From the NCBI GenBank assembly GCA_041653395.1, contig JBAZFK010000001.1:66728-130727 (forward strand): a stretch of 64,000 bases of DNA, read 5' to 3'. Below, piece after piece: positions 56,926 to 64,000 of the stretch. The stretch is from Candidatus Nanoarchaeia archaeon (GTDB lineage: Archaea; Nanobdellota; Nanobdellia; Tiddalikarchaeales; Tiddalikarchaeaceae). The position numbers were made by a program, and so were the translations under genes. A model generated the notes under the pieces. It saw nothing but the letters and a program-made list of their open reading frames with translations, made no database searches and was not told where the DNA came from. Every line of letters begins with the position of its first letter. The stretch's first letter is position 1.

Positions 56926-58308
56926 TCATAGCGGTTCTCTGATTGGAGTTATTTGGGCTCTTCTGTAAAAATCTCTTTTGAAAAGATTTTTTTCAATGTT
57001 GAATAATCCTTCTTTTCCTTCCATCAAATATTTTACTCCATTTAAGTAAATATCCATTCTTGAATTAGCCATTATATTGTTTTCATGGATTATTCGATCG
57101 TTGTCATTCATGACTGAAGCATTAAATGCTCTCATCATCATCCATTCAGTTTCTTCCAAGAATTTATGGGGTTTGAATAAGTGTTCAAGGTTCATGATTT
57201 CATAATACCTAGTTTTTTCTCCATCAAGCTTTGTTCTTAACACAGTGAATAAGCTATAATTTTTTAGTCCAAAAGGAAAATCATGGTTTTTATAACGAGT
57301 TGGAGGAGCGTTTTTTATTCCTCTGATTTGCTCTTCAAGCTCTCTTAGGGTTGTTTTTGCGTCGCTTAATATTATGAAGCTATTAGTGCAGATTTCTGAG
57401 TTTTTTAAAATGCTTAATGATTTATTATTATCTTTTACAGTGGTTTTTTTGTTCCATCTGTTAAGTTGAGATTGCGAAAATGATTCAATGCCTATGCTGA
57501 CTTCCTCAATGCTTTTGCAATAATCCTTAAATATTGATTCATTCTCTACAACACTATCCGCTCTTGAAAGAAATAATGCTTTTAGATTATTCTCACTTAA
57601 GTATTCAAGGATTTTTTCAGCCCTTATCGGGTCTGACATGAAGTTATCATCCATGAACTGAATCCTGCTTAAATTTTTGTGATATTTTATTAATTTGTCT
57701 ATCCAGTTGATTACTGTATTTGCATTCATACCTCTTAATCCTTGGTTGAAATATTTTGCCTCGCAGAATGAGCAGTTTCCATTGCATCCTCTCATTGTTG
57801 ACAGCTGCACAATGCTATTAAGATTCTCTCCATAAAATAAGGGTGTGACAGCATTGTTAATATCAATAGGGTTTCTTTTTGAAAAATTGCTGTTTCTCTG
57901 GTAAATTCCTTTAATTTTTGAAGTGGATTCGTTGTTTTTTATTGCTAAAACATACTCCAGTAATGTTTCCTCTCCTTCTCCCCAGCATATTGCATCTATG
58001 TACTCATTTTTTAGCAATTCTTCATGAAAAATGCTTACCTGCCCTCCAACTATCACATAAATTCCAGGATTTGCATTCTTGATTACTTTTGAGTATTCTT
58101 TTATGTCATAAATATCCTCTGGGAAGCCACTGAGCCCTACGACTTTTGGATAAATCATCATTTTAGGATCATCTCTAAAATTGTCAATGCTGCAGCTTAC
58201 TCCATTTTTAAGCATGTATTCTTTCAAGAATTCAAGACCAAGAATCGGCCTTTCATACTTTGTGTTTCCAGCTTTAATCAAAAGAACATCCACTTTGTTA
58301 TAATCCAT
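56926..58308 (-). CDS. B12-binding-domain radical SAM protein.
   Basis: It has the CxxxCxxC motif CNGNCSFC and an N-terminal B12-binding-like domain. Confidence 0.6.
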   Translation of the reverse strand: MDYNKVDVLLIKAGNTKYERPILGLEFLKEYMLKNGVSCSIDNFRDDPKMMIYPKVVGLSGFPEDIYDIKEYSKVIKNANPGIYVIVGGQVSIFHEELLKNEYIDAICWGEGEETLLEYVLAIKNNESTSKIKGIYQRNSNFSKRNPIDINNAVTPLFYGENLNSIVQLSTMRGCNGNCSFCEAKYFNQGLRGMNANTVINWIDKLIKYHKNLSRIQFMDDNFMSDPIRAEKILEYLSENNLKALFLSRADSVVENESIFKDYCKSIEEVSIGIESFSQSQLNRWNKKTTVKDNNKSLSILKNSEICTNSFIILSDAKTTLRELEEQIRGIKNAPPTRYKNHDFPFGLKNYSLFTVLRTKLDGEKTRYYEIMNLEHLFKPHKFLEETEWMMMRAFNASVMNDNDRIIHENNIMANSRMDIYLNGVKYLMEGKEGLFNIEKNLFKRDFYRRAQITPIREPL

Positions 58309-58541
58309 GAACTATTATTTAAGAATTTTTAATTATAAATATTGCCCTTGGAATTGCATTATCTTATTTTTAATGGTTTTTTTATATTATTTAAATATTT
58401 TTTCAATACTAATTTATAAATGCTTAAGGTTTAAAGTATTATTTAGCATAAGAAATTATTTCAGGTAAAGGATTATTAATAATTTTTTAAAAAATTCTTT
58501 CAAGGGATTAGGGAAAATAATTTTGTGTCTAAGAGGTAAAA

Positions 58542-58718
58542 ATGAAGGTATATAATTACAATATAAGGTGCAAAGCATGCAATAAGGGTTTTAATCCTAA
58601 AGACAAGCAGAATATGTACACCAAATTATGCCCAAAATGCTACAAGTTAAGGGCAAAAGTAATGGAAAAATTTGAAATTGAGAAAAAAAATCTAATCTTA
58701 TCAATGGTGAAGCAGTAA
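58542..58718 (+). CDS. 58-aa zinc-ribbon protein.
   Basis: I read this by hand: MKVYNYNIRCKACNKGF...KLCPKCYK. An AGAGGT SD lies upstream. Confidence 0.35.
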   Translation: MKVYNYNIRCKACNKGFNPKDKQNMYTKLCPKCYKLRAKVMEKFEIEKKNLILSMVKQ

Positions 58719-58861
58719 TGCAGTGCGGAATATGCAGTAACAGCAGGACCAAGACTGTTTTTAAGTGCAAGAAATGCGGATTAAAATTTTGCTTGAATTG
58801 TGGGGATAAGCAAACCCTGATTTGCGCGTTATGCGAGCAGTCAATTAAAAACAAGCAGTAA
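58718..58861 (+). CDS. 47-aa zinc-ribbon protein, a paralog of the 24462 ORF.
   Basis: I read this by hand: MQCGICSNSRTKTVFKCKKCGLKFCLNCGDKQTLICALCEQ. Its start overlaps the previous stop (TAATG). Confidence 0.4.
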   Translation: MQCGICSNSRTKTVFKCKKCGLKFCLNCGDKQTLICALCEQSIKNKQ

Positions 58862-58921
58862 TTAATTAGAAACCTTTTTTAATAGTTCTTTGCCTAATTA
58901 TTAATAGGTGATATTTTTAAA

Positions 58922-60640
58922 ATGGCTAAAAAACAAGTTTCAAAAAAAGACAGCAAAGAAGACCCTTTGGTTTCTGAATTAAAATCAATTTTTAATGAAA
59001 ATCTTATTTCAGTCTCTAAAGTTGAGTTTGTAAAAGATGCTGAAGAAGGCGAAGAAAAAAGCAAAGAGATAAGCCTTCCAAAAACTGAAGAGCAAATAAT
59101 TGCAGTAATCAATGACTTGGCAGATGAAAAAGTCTCAAAAATAATGGAGAATTATAAAGGCACAAAAGCAAAAATTTTGCCATTAAGCGGATTATGGCAA
59201 AGCTGCTATGACCAAAAATATGAATTAATGAGCGCAATAACCAATCCTCAAAGCAGCAAAACCTTATATGACAAAGGATTCATTAAAGGATTAACTGCTG
59301 CCCAAGTTCTGAAATCAATGGCACTAGAGAAGCTAAAAAGATATATTTTGTCAATAATTCTTGTTGGAAGCGTTTCAAGAGGAACAATGCATGAGCACAG
59401 CGACGTGGACATATCATTCGTAATTGATGATACTGATGTAAAAAAAATGTCCAGGCATGAAGTCCTAGCAAGATTAAGGGGCATGATTCTTCAAATGGCA
59501 GCTCAGACAGGGTTTGAATTCAACATCCAGGTCTATTTATTGACTGATTTCTGGCAAGCATTAAGGGATACTCAGCCAGTGATATTCAGCATGGTAAGGG
59601 ATGGGGTCCCATTATATGACACAGGAATGTTCATGCCTTGGAGAACTCTTTTAAAAACAGGGAAGATGAAGCCAAGCCCTGAAGCAGTTGACCAATTCTA
59701 TAAAACAGGAAGATTGCTGATTGAGGATGTTAACAACAGCCTTAAAGAGATAGTCATTGAAAGGCTGTTTTTATCAATGCTTAATCCTGCGCAGGCAGCA
59801 ACAATGCTTGTCGGAATACCCCCAACTCATCATGGAGACACTCCGAAAGTTTTCAAGAAATACTTTGTTGATGAATACAAATTAATCGAGCCAAAATATG
59901 TTGGTTACTTGAATGAAATACTTGAATTAAGGAAAGGGGTTGAATATGGAAAAATTAAGGAAATCTCCCCTGAAAAATTCTTAGAGCAAATGAATCACGC
60001 AAAAGAATTCCAGGACAGAATGGACAAGCTCTTCAATGACATCAGGCATGATTTGATAAAGAACTCCCTTGAGGAATCAGAAAAGAAATGCACTAAAGCA
60101 ATAATGAATGTTCTGAAAGCAATGAATGTCAAGGCAGCAGAAAAAGACGTGATTGACCTATTCAGAACCAAACTGTTTGATTCAGGATTAGTAACCCAAA
60201 AAGACTACAATTTCTATGTTAAAAAGCTCAAAAATGTTTTTAATGACTTCAAAAGGGATTTATTGACAACAGAGGAAGCTTCAAGCATTGAAAGAGAAGC
60301 GCTTGAATTCACGAACAGGATTACTGGCATAGAAGAAATGCTTGAAATAAAATCAACTGAAAGGTCAAGGGTTCATTTCAGGGCTAATAATGCCAACGGA
60401 GAGCTTTGGATTTTTAAAAATGAGATTTTTATAATCAGTGACTTGAAAAAAATGACTGTTTATAAGGCTAAGCTCAAAGATGACGGAAGCTTTGAAAAGC
60501 CGACAATAAGCAACACTGAAGAGCTTTTAAAAACAAGAAAATCAATCAAGCCTGATGAAATGACTTCAGTAAGCTCAAAGATGCTTGAAAGCCTTAAGAA
60601 AGCGCTCAATGTTTCAGAAGTTGAAATAATTATTGTGTGA
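58922..60640 (+). CDS. Pol-beta-superfamily nucleotidyltransferase-domain protein with long N- and C-terminal extensions.
   Basis: It has the NTase motif LVGSVSRGTMHEHSDVDISFVIDD. The length is 572 aa. Confidence 0.45.
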   Translation: MAKKQVSKKDSKEDPLVSELKSIFNENLISVSKVEFVKDAEEGEEKSKEISLPKTEEQIIAVINDLADEKVSKIMENYKGTKAKILPLSGLWQSCYDQKYELMSAITNPQSSKTLYDKGFIKGLTAAQVLKSMALEKLKRYILSIILVGSVSRGTMHEHSDVDISFVIDDTDVKKMSRHEVLARLRGMILQMAAQTGFEFNIQVYLLTDFWQALRDTQPVIFSMVRDGVPLYDTGMFMPWRTLLKTGKMKPSPEAVDQFYKTGRLLIEDVNNSLKEIVIERLFLSMLNPAQAATMLVGIPPTHHGDTPKVFKKYFVDEYKLIEPKYVGYLNEILELRKGVEYGKIKEISPEKFLEQMNHAKEFQDRMDKLFNDIRHDLIKNSLEESEKKCTKAIMNVLKAMNVKAAEKDVIDLFRTKLFDSGLVTQKDYNFYVKKLKNVFNDFKRDLLTTEEASSIEREALEFTNRITGIEEMLEIKSTERSRVHFRANNANGELWIFKNEIFIISDLKKMTVYKAKLKDDGSFEKPTISNTEELLKTRKSIKPDEMTSVSSKMLESLKKALNVSEVEIIIV

Positions 60641-61124
60641 AAAAAACTACATCATTGTAGTTTTCTTTTTCCTTTATTTTTTTGAACTCTTTTTTTAATA
60701 ATTTTCTTGCTTCATTTATCCTATTCTTATTAAGGACTGATAATAATATTTTTCCGTCAGGCTTCAGTACCCTTTTAATCTCAGAGATTGCTGATTTTAA
60801 GTCATTAACATCCTGCAGAACTGTAAGCGAGAAGACTAAATCAAAAACTTTGCATTTAAAAGGCAGCTTAGAGCTATCAGCGCACACAACCCTTAAATTT
60901 TTTGGGCATACTTTGAGCATTCCAATAGAATAATCAACTCCTATAATATTTTTTATTTTCTCTGTAATGAATCCTGTGCCGCACCCTAACTCAAGGATTA
61001 AGCCTTTTTTAGGAATCAAATCTTTGATGTTTTCGAACTTTTTAATCTGCTCAGACATGTAAAGCGAGTTATAGCCTTTAGCGATTGAATCATAATAATT
61101 CATAAAGAAATAAAAAGCAGGCAT
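60630..61124 (-). CDS. Small class I SAM-dependent methyltransferase.
   Basis: It has motif I LELGCGTGFIT, post-I GVDYS, and motif II FDLVFS. Confidence 0.55.
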   Translation of the reverse strand: MPAFYFFMNYYDSIAKGYNSLYMSEQIKKFENIKDLIPKKGLILELGCGTGFITEKIKNIIGVDYSIGMLKVCPKNLRVVCADSSKLPFKCKVFDLVFSLTVLQDVNDLKSAISEIKRVLKPDGKILLSVLNKNRINEARKLLKKEFKKIKEKENYNDVVFFTQ

Positions 61125-61139
61125 TATTATTTAACAGTT

Positions 61140-61565
61140 ATGAAATATGAGTACTTGGAGCATGAAGCAACAGCTGATTTGGCAATAAAGGCTTATGGCA
61201 AAACATTGAAAGAAGCCTTTGAGAACAGCGCGAACGCTATATGCAACGCCATTTCTGAAACTAAAAAAATAGATGAGCAGGAAATTAAGCTGGTCAAAAA
61301 AAGCTCCGAAAACTTGAAAATGCTGCTTTATGAATTCTTGGAAGAACTATTGTTCTTGCATGATTCTGAGAATTTGATATTCAAAAGAGTAATTATTGAT
61401 GAATTGGACGAAAAAACTAATTCCTTGTCAGCAATTTTTTACGGAGAACCTTTTGAGCCTAAAAAGCATATCCCTAAATCTAACATTAAAGCAATAACTT
61501 ACTTTGACATGCAGATAAAAAAAGAGAATGGCAATTTTGCAATCAAATTCATTGCTGATGTATGA
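61140..61565 (+). CDS. Archease (RtcB cofactor).
   Basis: The N-terminal MKYEYLEHEATADLAIKAYGKTLKEAFENSA is an archease signature. It is followed by RtcB. Confidence 0.7.
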   Translation: MKYEYLEHEATADLAIKAYGKTLKEAFENSANAICNAISETKKIDEQEIKLVKKSSENLKMLLYEFLEELLFLHDSENLIFKRVIIDELDEKTNSLSAIFYGEPFEPKKHIPKSNIKAITYFDMQIKKENGNFAIKFIADV

Positions 61566-61604
61566 TTGTAAAGATTTTAAAGAGCAAACAATTAGCAATT
61601 ATTT

Positions 61605-62981
61605 ATGAATATTGTTAAAAATTCTGATTATGAATTCATGATAAAAAAAGAAGGAAGCATGCTTACTGATGCTTTAATATTTGCAGACAAAAAATTGCTG
61701 GAATTAATAAAAAAAGACAGGACTTTAGAGCAGCTAAAAAACATGGCATGCCTTCCAGGAATAGTCGGCAACGCATGCGCCTTGCCAGATGCCCATCAAG
61801 GATATGGTTTTTGCATAGGAGGTGTTGCAGCGCTTAGCGCAGAAACTGGAGGAATCAGCCCTGGAGGAGTTGGCTTTGATATCAATTGCGGAGTAAGAGT
61901 GCTAAAAACTAACTTAACAGCAAAAGAAGTCTTGCCTAAAATTAAGGAACTATTGAACAGTTTATCTGATGCTGTTCCCAGTGGTTTAGGAAATAAAGGC
62001 CTTAAAAAGTTCAGCAATGATGAATTCTTTGAAATTTTAAACAAAGGAAATAATTATTTAAAAGAAAAGGGTTTGGCAACAAAAAATGATTTGCTAAATT
62101 GCGAAGACAATGGAGTGATGAAGCAGGCAAGCCATGCATTCATAAGCCAACGAGCACTTGCAAGGGGAAAAAATACTGTTGGAAGCTTAGGCAGCGGGAA
62201 TCATTTTGTTGATTTATTAAGGGTTGATGAATTAATGGATGAAAAATTAGCCAAAAAGAATGGATTGTTTCTAGGCCAGGTAGTTATTATGATTCATTCA
62301 GGTAGCAGAGGGTTAGGTCATCAGGTTGCAAGTGATTACATCAATGAAATAATGAGAACTTACCCTGAGTTAGTGAAAAAATTACCAGATCCTGAACTGT
62401 GCTACGCGCCTAGCGGCTCAGAGCTTGCCCAAAAATATTATAGCTCCATGTGCGCTTGCGCTAATTATGCTTATGCAAACAGGCAATTAATGACAAACAG
62501 CATTAAGGAAATCATGTGCAATTTTTTTGATTCAAAGCCTGAATCTTTGGGCTTAGAACTATTCTATGATGTCACCCATAATGTTGCAAAAATCGAGAAA
62601 GTGAATGGTATTAGCTGTTATGTTCATAGGAAAGGCGCAACTAAGTGCATAAAAGACGGCAAGATTATAATTCCAGGAAGCATGGGAACCAGCAGTTATT
62701 TAATGATAGGGCAAAATGCAGCTATATCAATTAACAGCAGCGCCCATGGAAGCGGGAGAGTAATGAGCAGGTCAAGCGCAATCAAAACCCTTAACAAAAA
62801 AGAGATATTAAAATCTTTAGGAAATCAAGGGATAATTGTGAAATCCTCAAGCAAAAACATTGTTTTAGAGGAAGCTCCAGAGGTTTACAAAAACGTTACT
62901 GATGTCATCAATGTAACTGAAAAATTAGGATTTGCAAAAAGCTTGGCAAAGCTAAACCCTTTTGCTGTGCTTAACGGCTAA
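61605..62981 (+). CDS. rtcB: RNA-splicing ligase RtcB.
   Basis: It has GYGFCIGG, FDINCGVR, GSGNHFVDL, HSGSRGLGHQVA and SAHGSGR motifs. Confidence 0.85.
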   Translation: MNIVKNSDYEFMIKKEGSMLTDALIFADKKLLELIKKDRTLEQLKNMACLPGIVGNACALPDAHQGYGFCIGGVAALSAETGGISPGGVGFDINCGVRVLKTNLTAKEVLPKIKELLNSLSDAVPSGLGNKGLKKFSNDEFFEILNKGNNYLKEKGLATKNDLLNCEDNGVMKQASHAFISQRALARGKNTVGSLGSGNHFVDLLRVDELMDEKLAKKNGLFLGQVVIMIHSGSRGLGHQVASDYINEIMRTYPELVKKLPDPELCYAPSGSELAQKYYSSMCACANYAYANRQLMTNSIKEIMCNFFDSKPESLGLELFYDVTHNVAKIEKVNGISCYVHRKGATKCIKDGKIIIPGSMGTSSYLMIGQNAAISINSSAHGSGRVMSRSSAIKTLNKKEILKSLGNQGIIVKSSSKNIVLEEAPEVYKNVTDVINVTEKLGFAKSLAKLNPFAVLNG

Positions 62982-63946
62982 ATATCATCAATAACCAATT
63001 CTTCCCAATAAGCCATTGATTTATTTAAGAAAACTAACTCTCCTATTTCAGGATTCATTGATTCCAAATAAGCAATTATTATTTCATAAGAATCCTGGTA
63101 AATGCTCTCCTTCGCAATAGCTATAGGTATGCCGTTATTATCCAAGCACATCTCATACCTTAACTGCAACAAATCACTGAACTCTTCATGATTAATATCT
63201 ATTTCAAAGAATAAAGGGGCGCAAGCAATATTTGTCAAATTCCAAACCTCTTCCCTTCCTGATTCATTAGTGTAATAATTGTTAACTAAATTGTAAACCT
63301 CATCATATAAGCTGATTATTAATGCATTATTCATTCTTAATGAATCAGTACTTGTCTTTGAGTAATTGCCACTTACATCATAATATAAATAATTATTCTG
63401 CTCCCTGCTTATTATGTCCCTTTGAGGAGACTGCATTATTGCAGTGATTTTTGAATTATCAAGGTAATAATATTGTTTCCCTAAAAATTCTAAGCTGCTA
63501 GAGTTATATAAGAATGTGTAATTAAGGTAAGTGTCATTTAAATTGTTGAAGATTTGATAGCCTAATCTTAATGAATTCCTTGAAGTGTCCCCTGTTGGAG
63601 GATTTGACAGCCAAAAGAATCCAATAGCTGATAGCAATAATATGCCAATGACTGCCATTGAAAGAATTGCAAAAGCAGCAGGATTAGATTTTTTTTGGCC
63701 GCTTTTTTTTACAGGCTTTGAAATAACTGGCTTAGAAGTGATTTTTTTTAAAGGAATTAAAACAGGAGGTTTTTGGTTTTTTGGGCTAATGGCTGCTTTT
63801 GGCTTAATTTCAGGAACAGCAACGTTTTGGGTTTTAGGAGCAGGTTTTTGGATAGTTGGCATTGCTTTCTTTTGAATGTTCAAATTATTTTGACTTGGCT
63901 CCGAGCTTTTGTAAGGAATATCACTGTTAAGGTTAAGCATTATCAT
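62978..63946 (-). CDS. Membrane-anchored Pro/Lys-rich hypothetical protein.
   Basis: It has an N-terminal PK-rich spacer, a single TM segment, and an extracellular domain with many NxT/S sites. Confidence 0.3.
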   Translation of the reverse strand: MIMLNLNSDIPYKSSEPSQNNLNIQKKAMPTIQKPAPKTQNVAVPEIKPKAAISPKNQKPPVLIPLKKITSKPVISKPVKKSGQKKSNPAAFAILSMAVIGILLLSAIGFFWLSNPPTGDTSRNSLRLGYQIFNNLNDTYLNYTFLYNSSSLEFLGKQYYYLDNSKITAIMQSPQRDIISREQNNYLYYDVSGNYSKTSTDSLRMNNALIISLYDEVYNLVNNYYTNESGREEVWNLTNIACAPLFFEIDINHEEFSDLLQLRYEMCLDNNGIPIAIAKESIYQDSYEIIIAYLESMNPEIGELVFLNKSMAYWEELVIDDI

Positions 63947-64000
63947 TATTTTAAAGTAAGCATCATAATCGCTTTTCTTAAGCTTTCTAAGCTTCTTTTT

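Noticed and set aside
58597-58854. An 85-aa minus-strand ORF from the track overlaps the zinc-ribbon mini-genes.
   Set aside because: The plus strand offers two Cys4 ribbons with SD sites and TAATG coupling. The minus ORF has no features.
1-64000. I searched for rRNA genes, CRISPR arrays, and IS elements with transposase genes.
   Set aside because: No sequence resembled conserved 16S/23S/5S cores. There were no spacer-repeat arrays. No ORF had DDE or HUH transposase motifs.

Overview
The window is low-GC, AT-rich DNA with a clearly archaeal gene order. The anchor is the RNA polymerase / translation-factor superoperon: rpoH, split rpoB (B'' then B'), rpoA', rpoA'', L30e, NusA, S12, S7, aEF-2, aEF-1alpha, S10. 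The 5' end carries a complete NAD salvage operon (PncB-like PRTase, archaeal NMNAT, PncA, NadE). The 3' end carries archease plus the RtcB RNA ligase. Other recognisable genes are cysS, a Dus-type tRNA dihydrouridine synthase, a CaCA exchanger, a DJ-1/PfpI protein, a rhomboid protease, a YrdC/Sua5 protein, a DUF362 ferredoxin, a B12-binding radical SAM protein and two tRNAs (Lys-UUU and Ser). The style is DPANN-like: many small Cys-rich secreted lipoproteins with SGC lipoboxes, class-III signal-peptide proteins, and many micro-ORFs. This assignment is inferred from sequence alone. The most unusual part lies immediately downstream of tRNA-Ser, from about 44.9 to 55.5 kb. It is a compositionally patchy island bounded by a 13-nt direct repeat of the tRNA 3' end. 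Its cargo includes a GC-rich foreign patch, two small-molecule-type SAM methyltransferases flanking a wHTH/P-loop/membrane-anchored ATPase, and a frameshifted minimal TFB. It also holds a P-loop plus winged-helix Rep-like protein. The most novel candidate is a family of membrane-anchored AN1 zinc-finger proteins. One of them fuses a SprT/Wss1-like HExxH zincin to two AN1 fingers, the architecture of eukaryotic DNA-protein-crosslink proteases. I found no recognisable integrase, so I rate the island as a probable decayed or unconventional integrated element. Other oddities are: a lysine-rich 28-aa peptide followed by an aspartate/glutamate-rich 46-aa peptide and a zinc ribbon; a novel CDC[ST]-repeat secreted protein; a CorA-like transporter with QTN in place of GMN; a pilin-like gene inserted between S7 and EF-2; and several duplicated gene 5' and 3' modules. 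No rRNA or CRISPR array is present.
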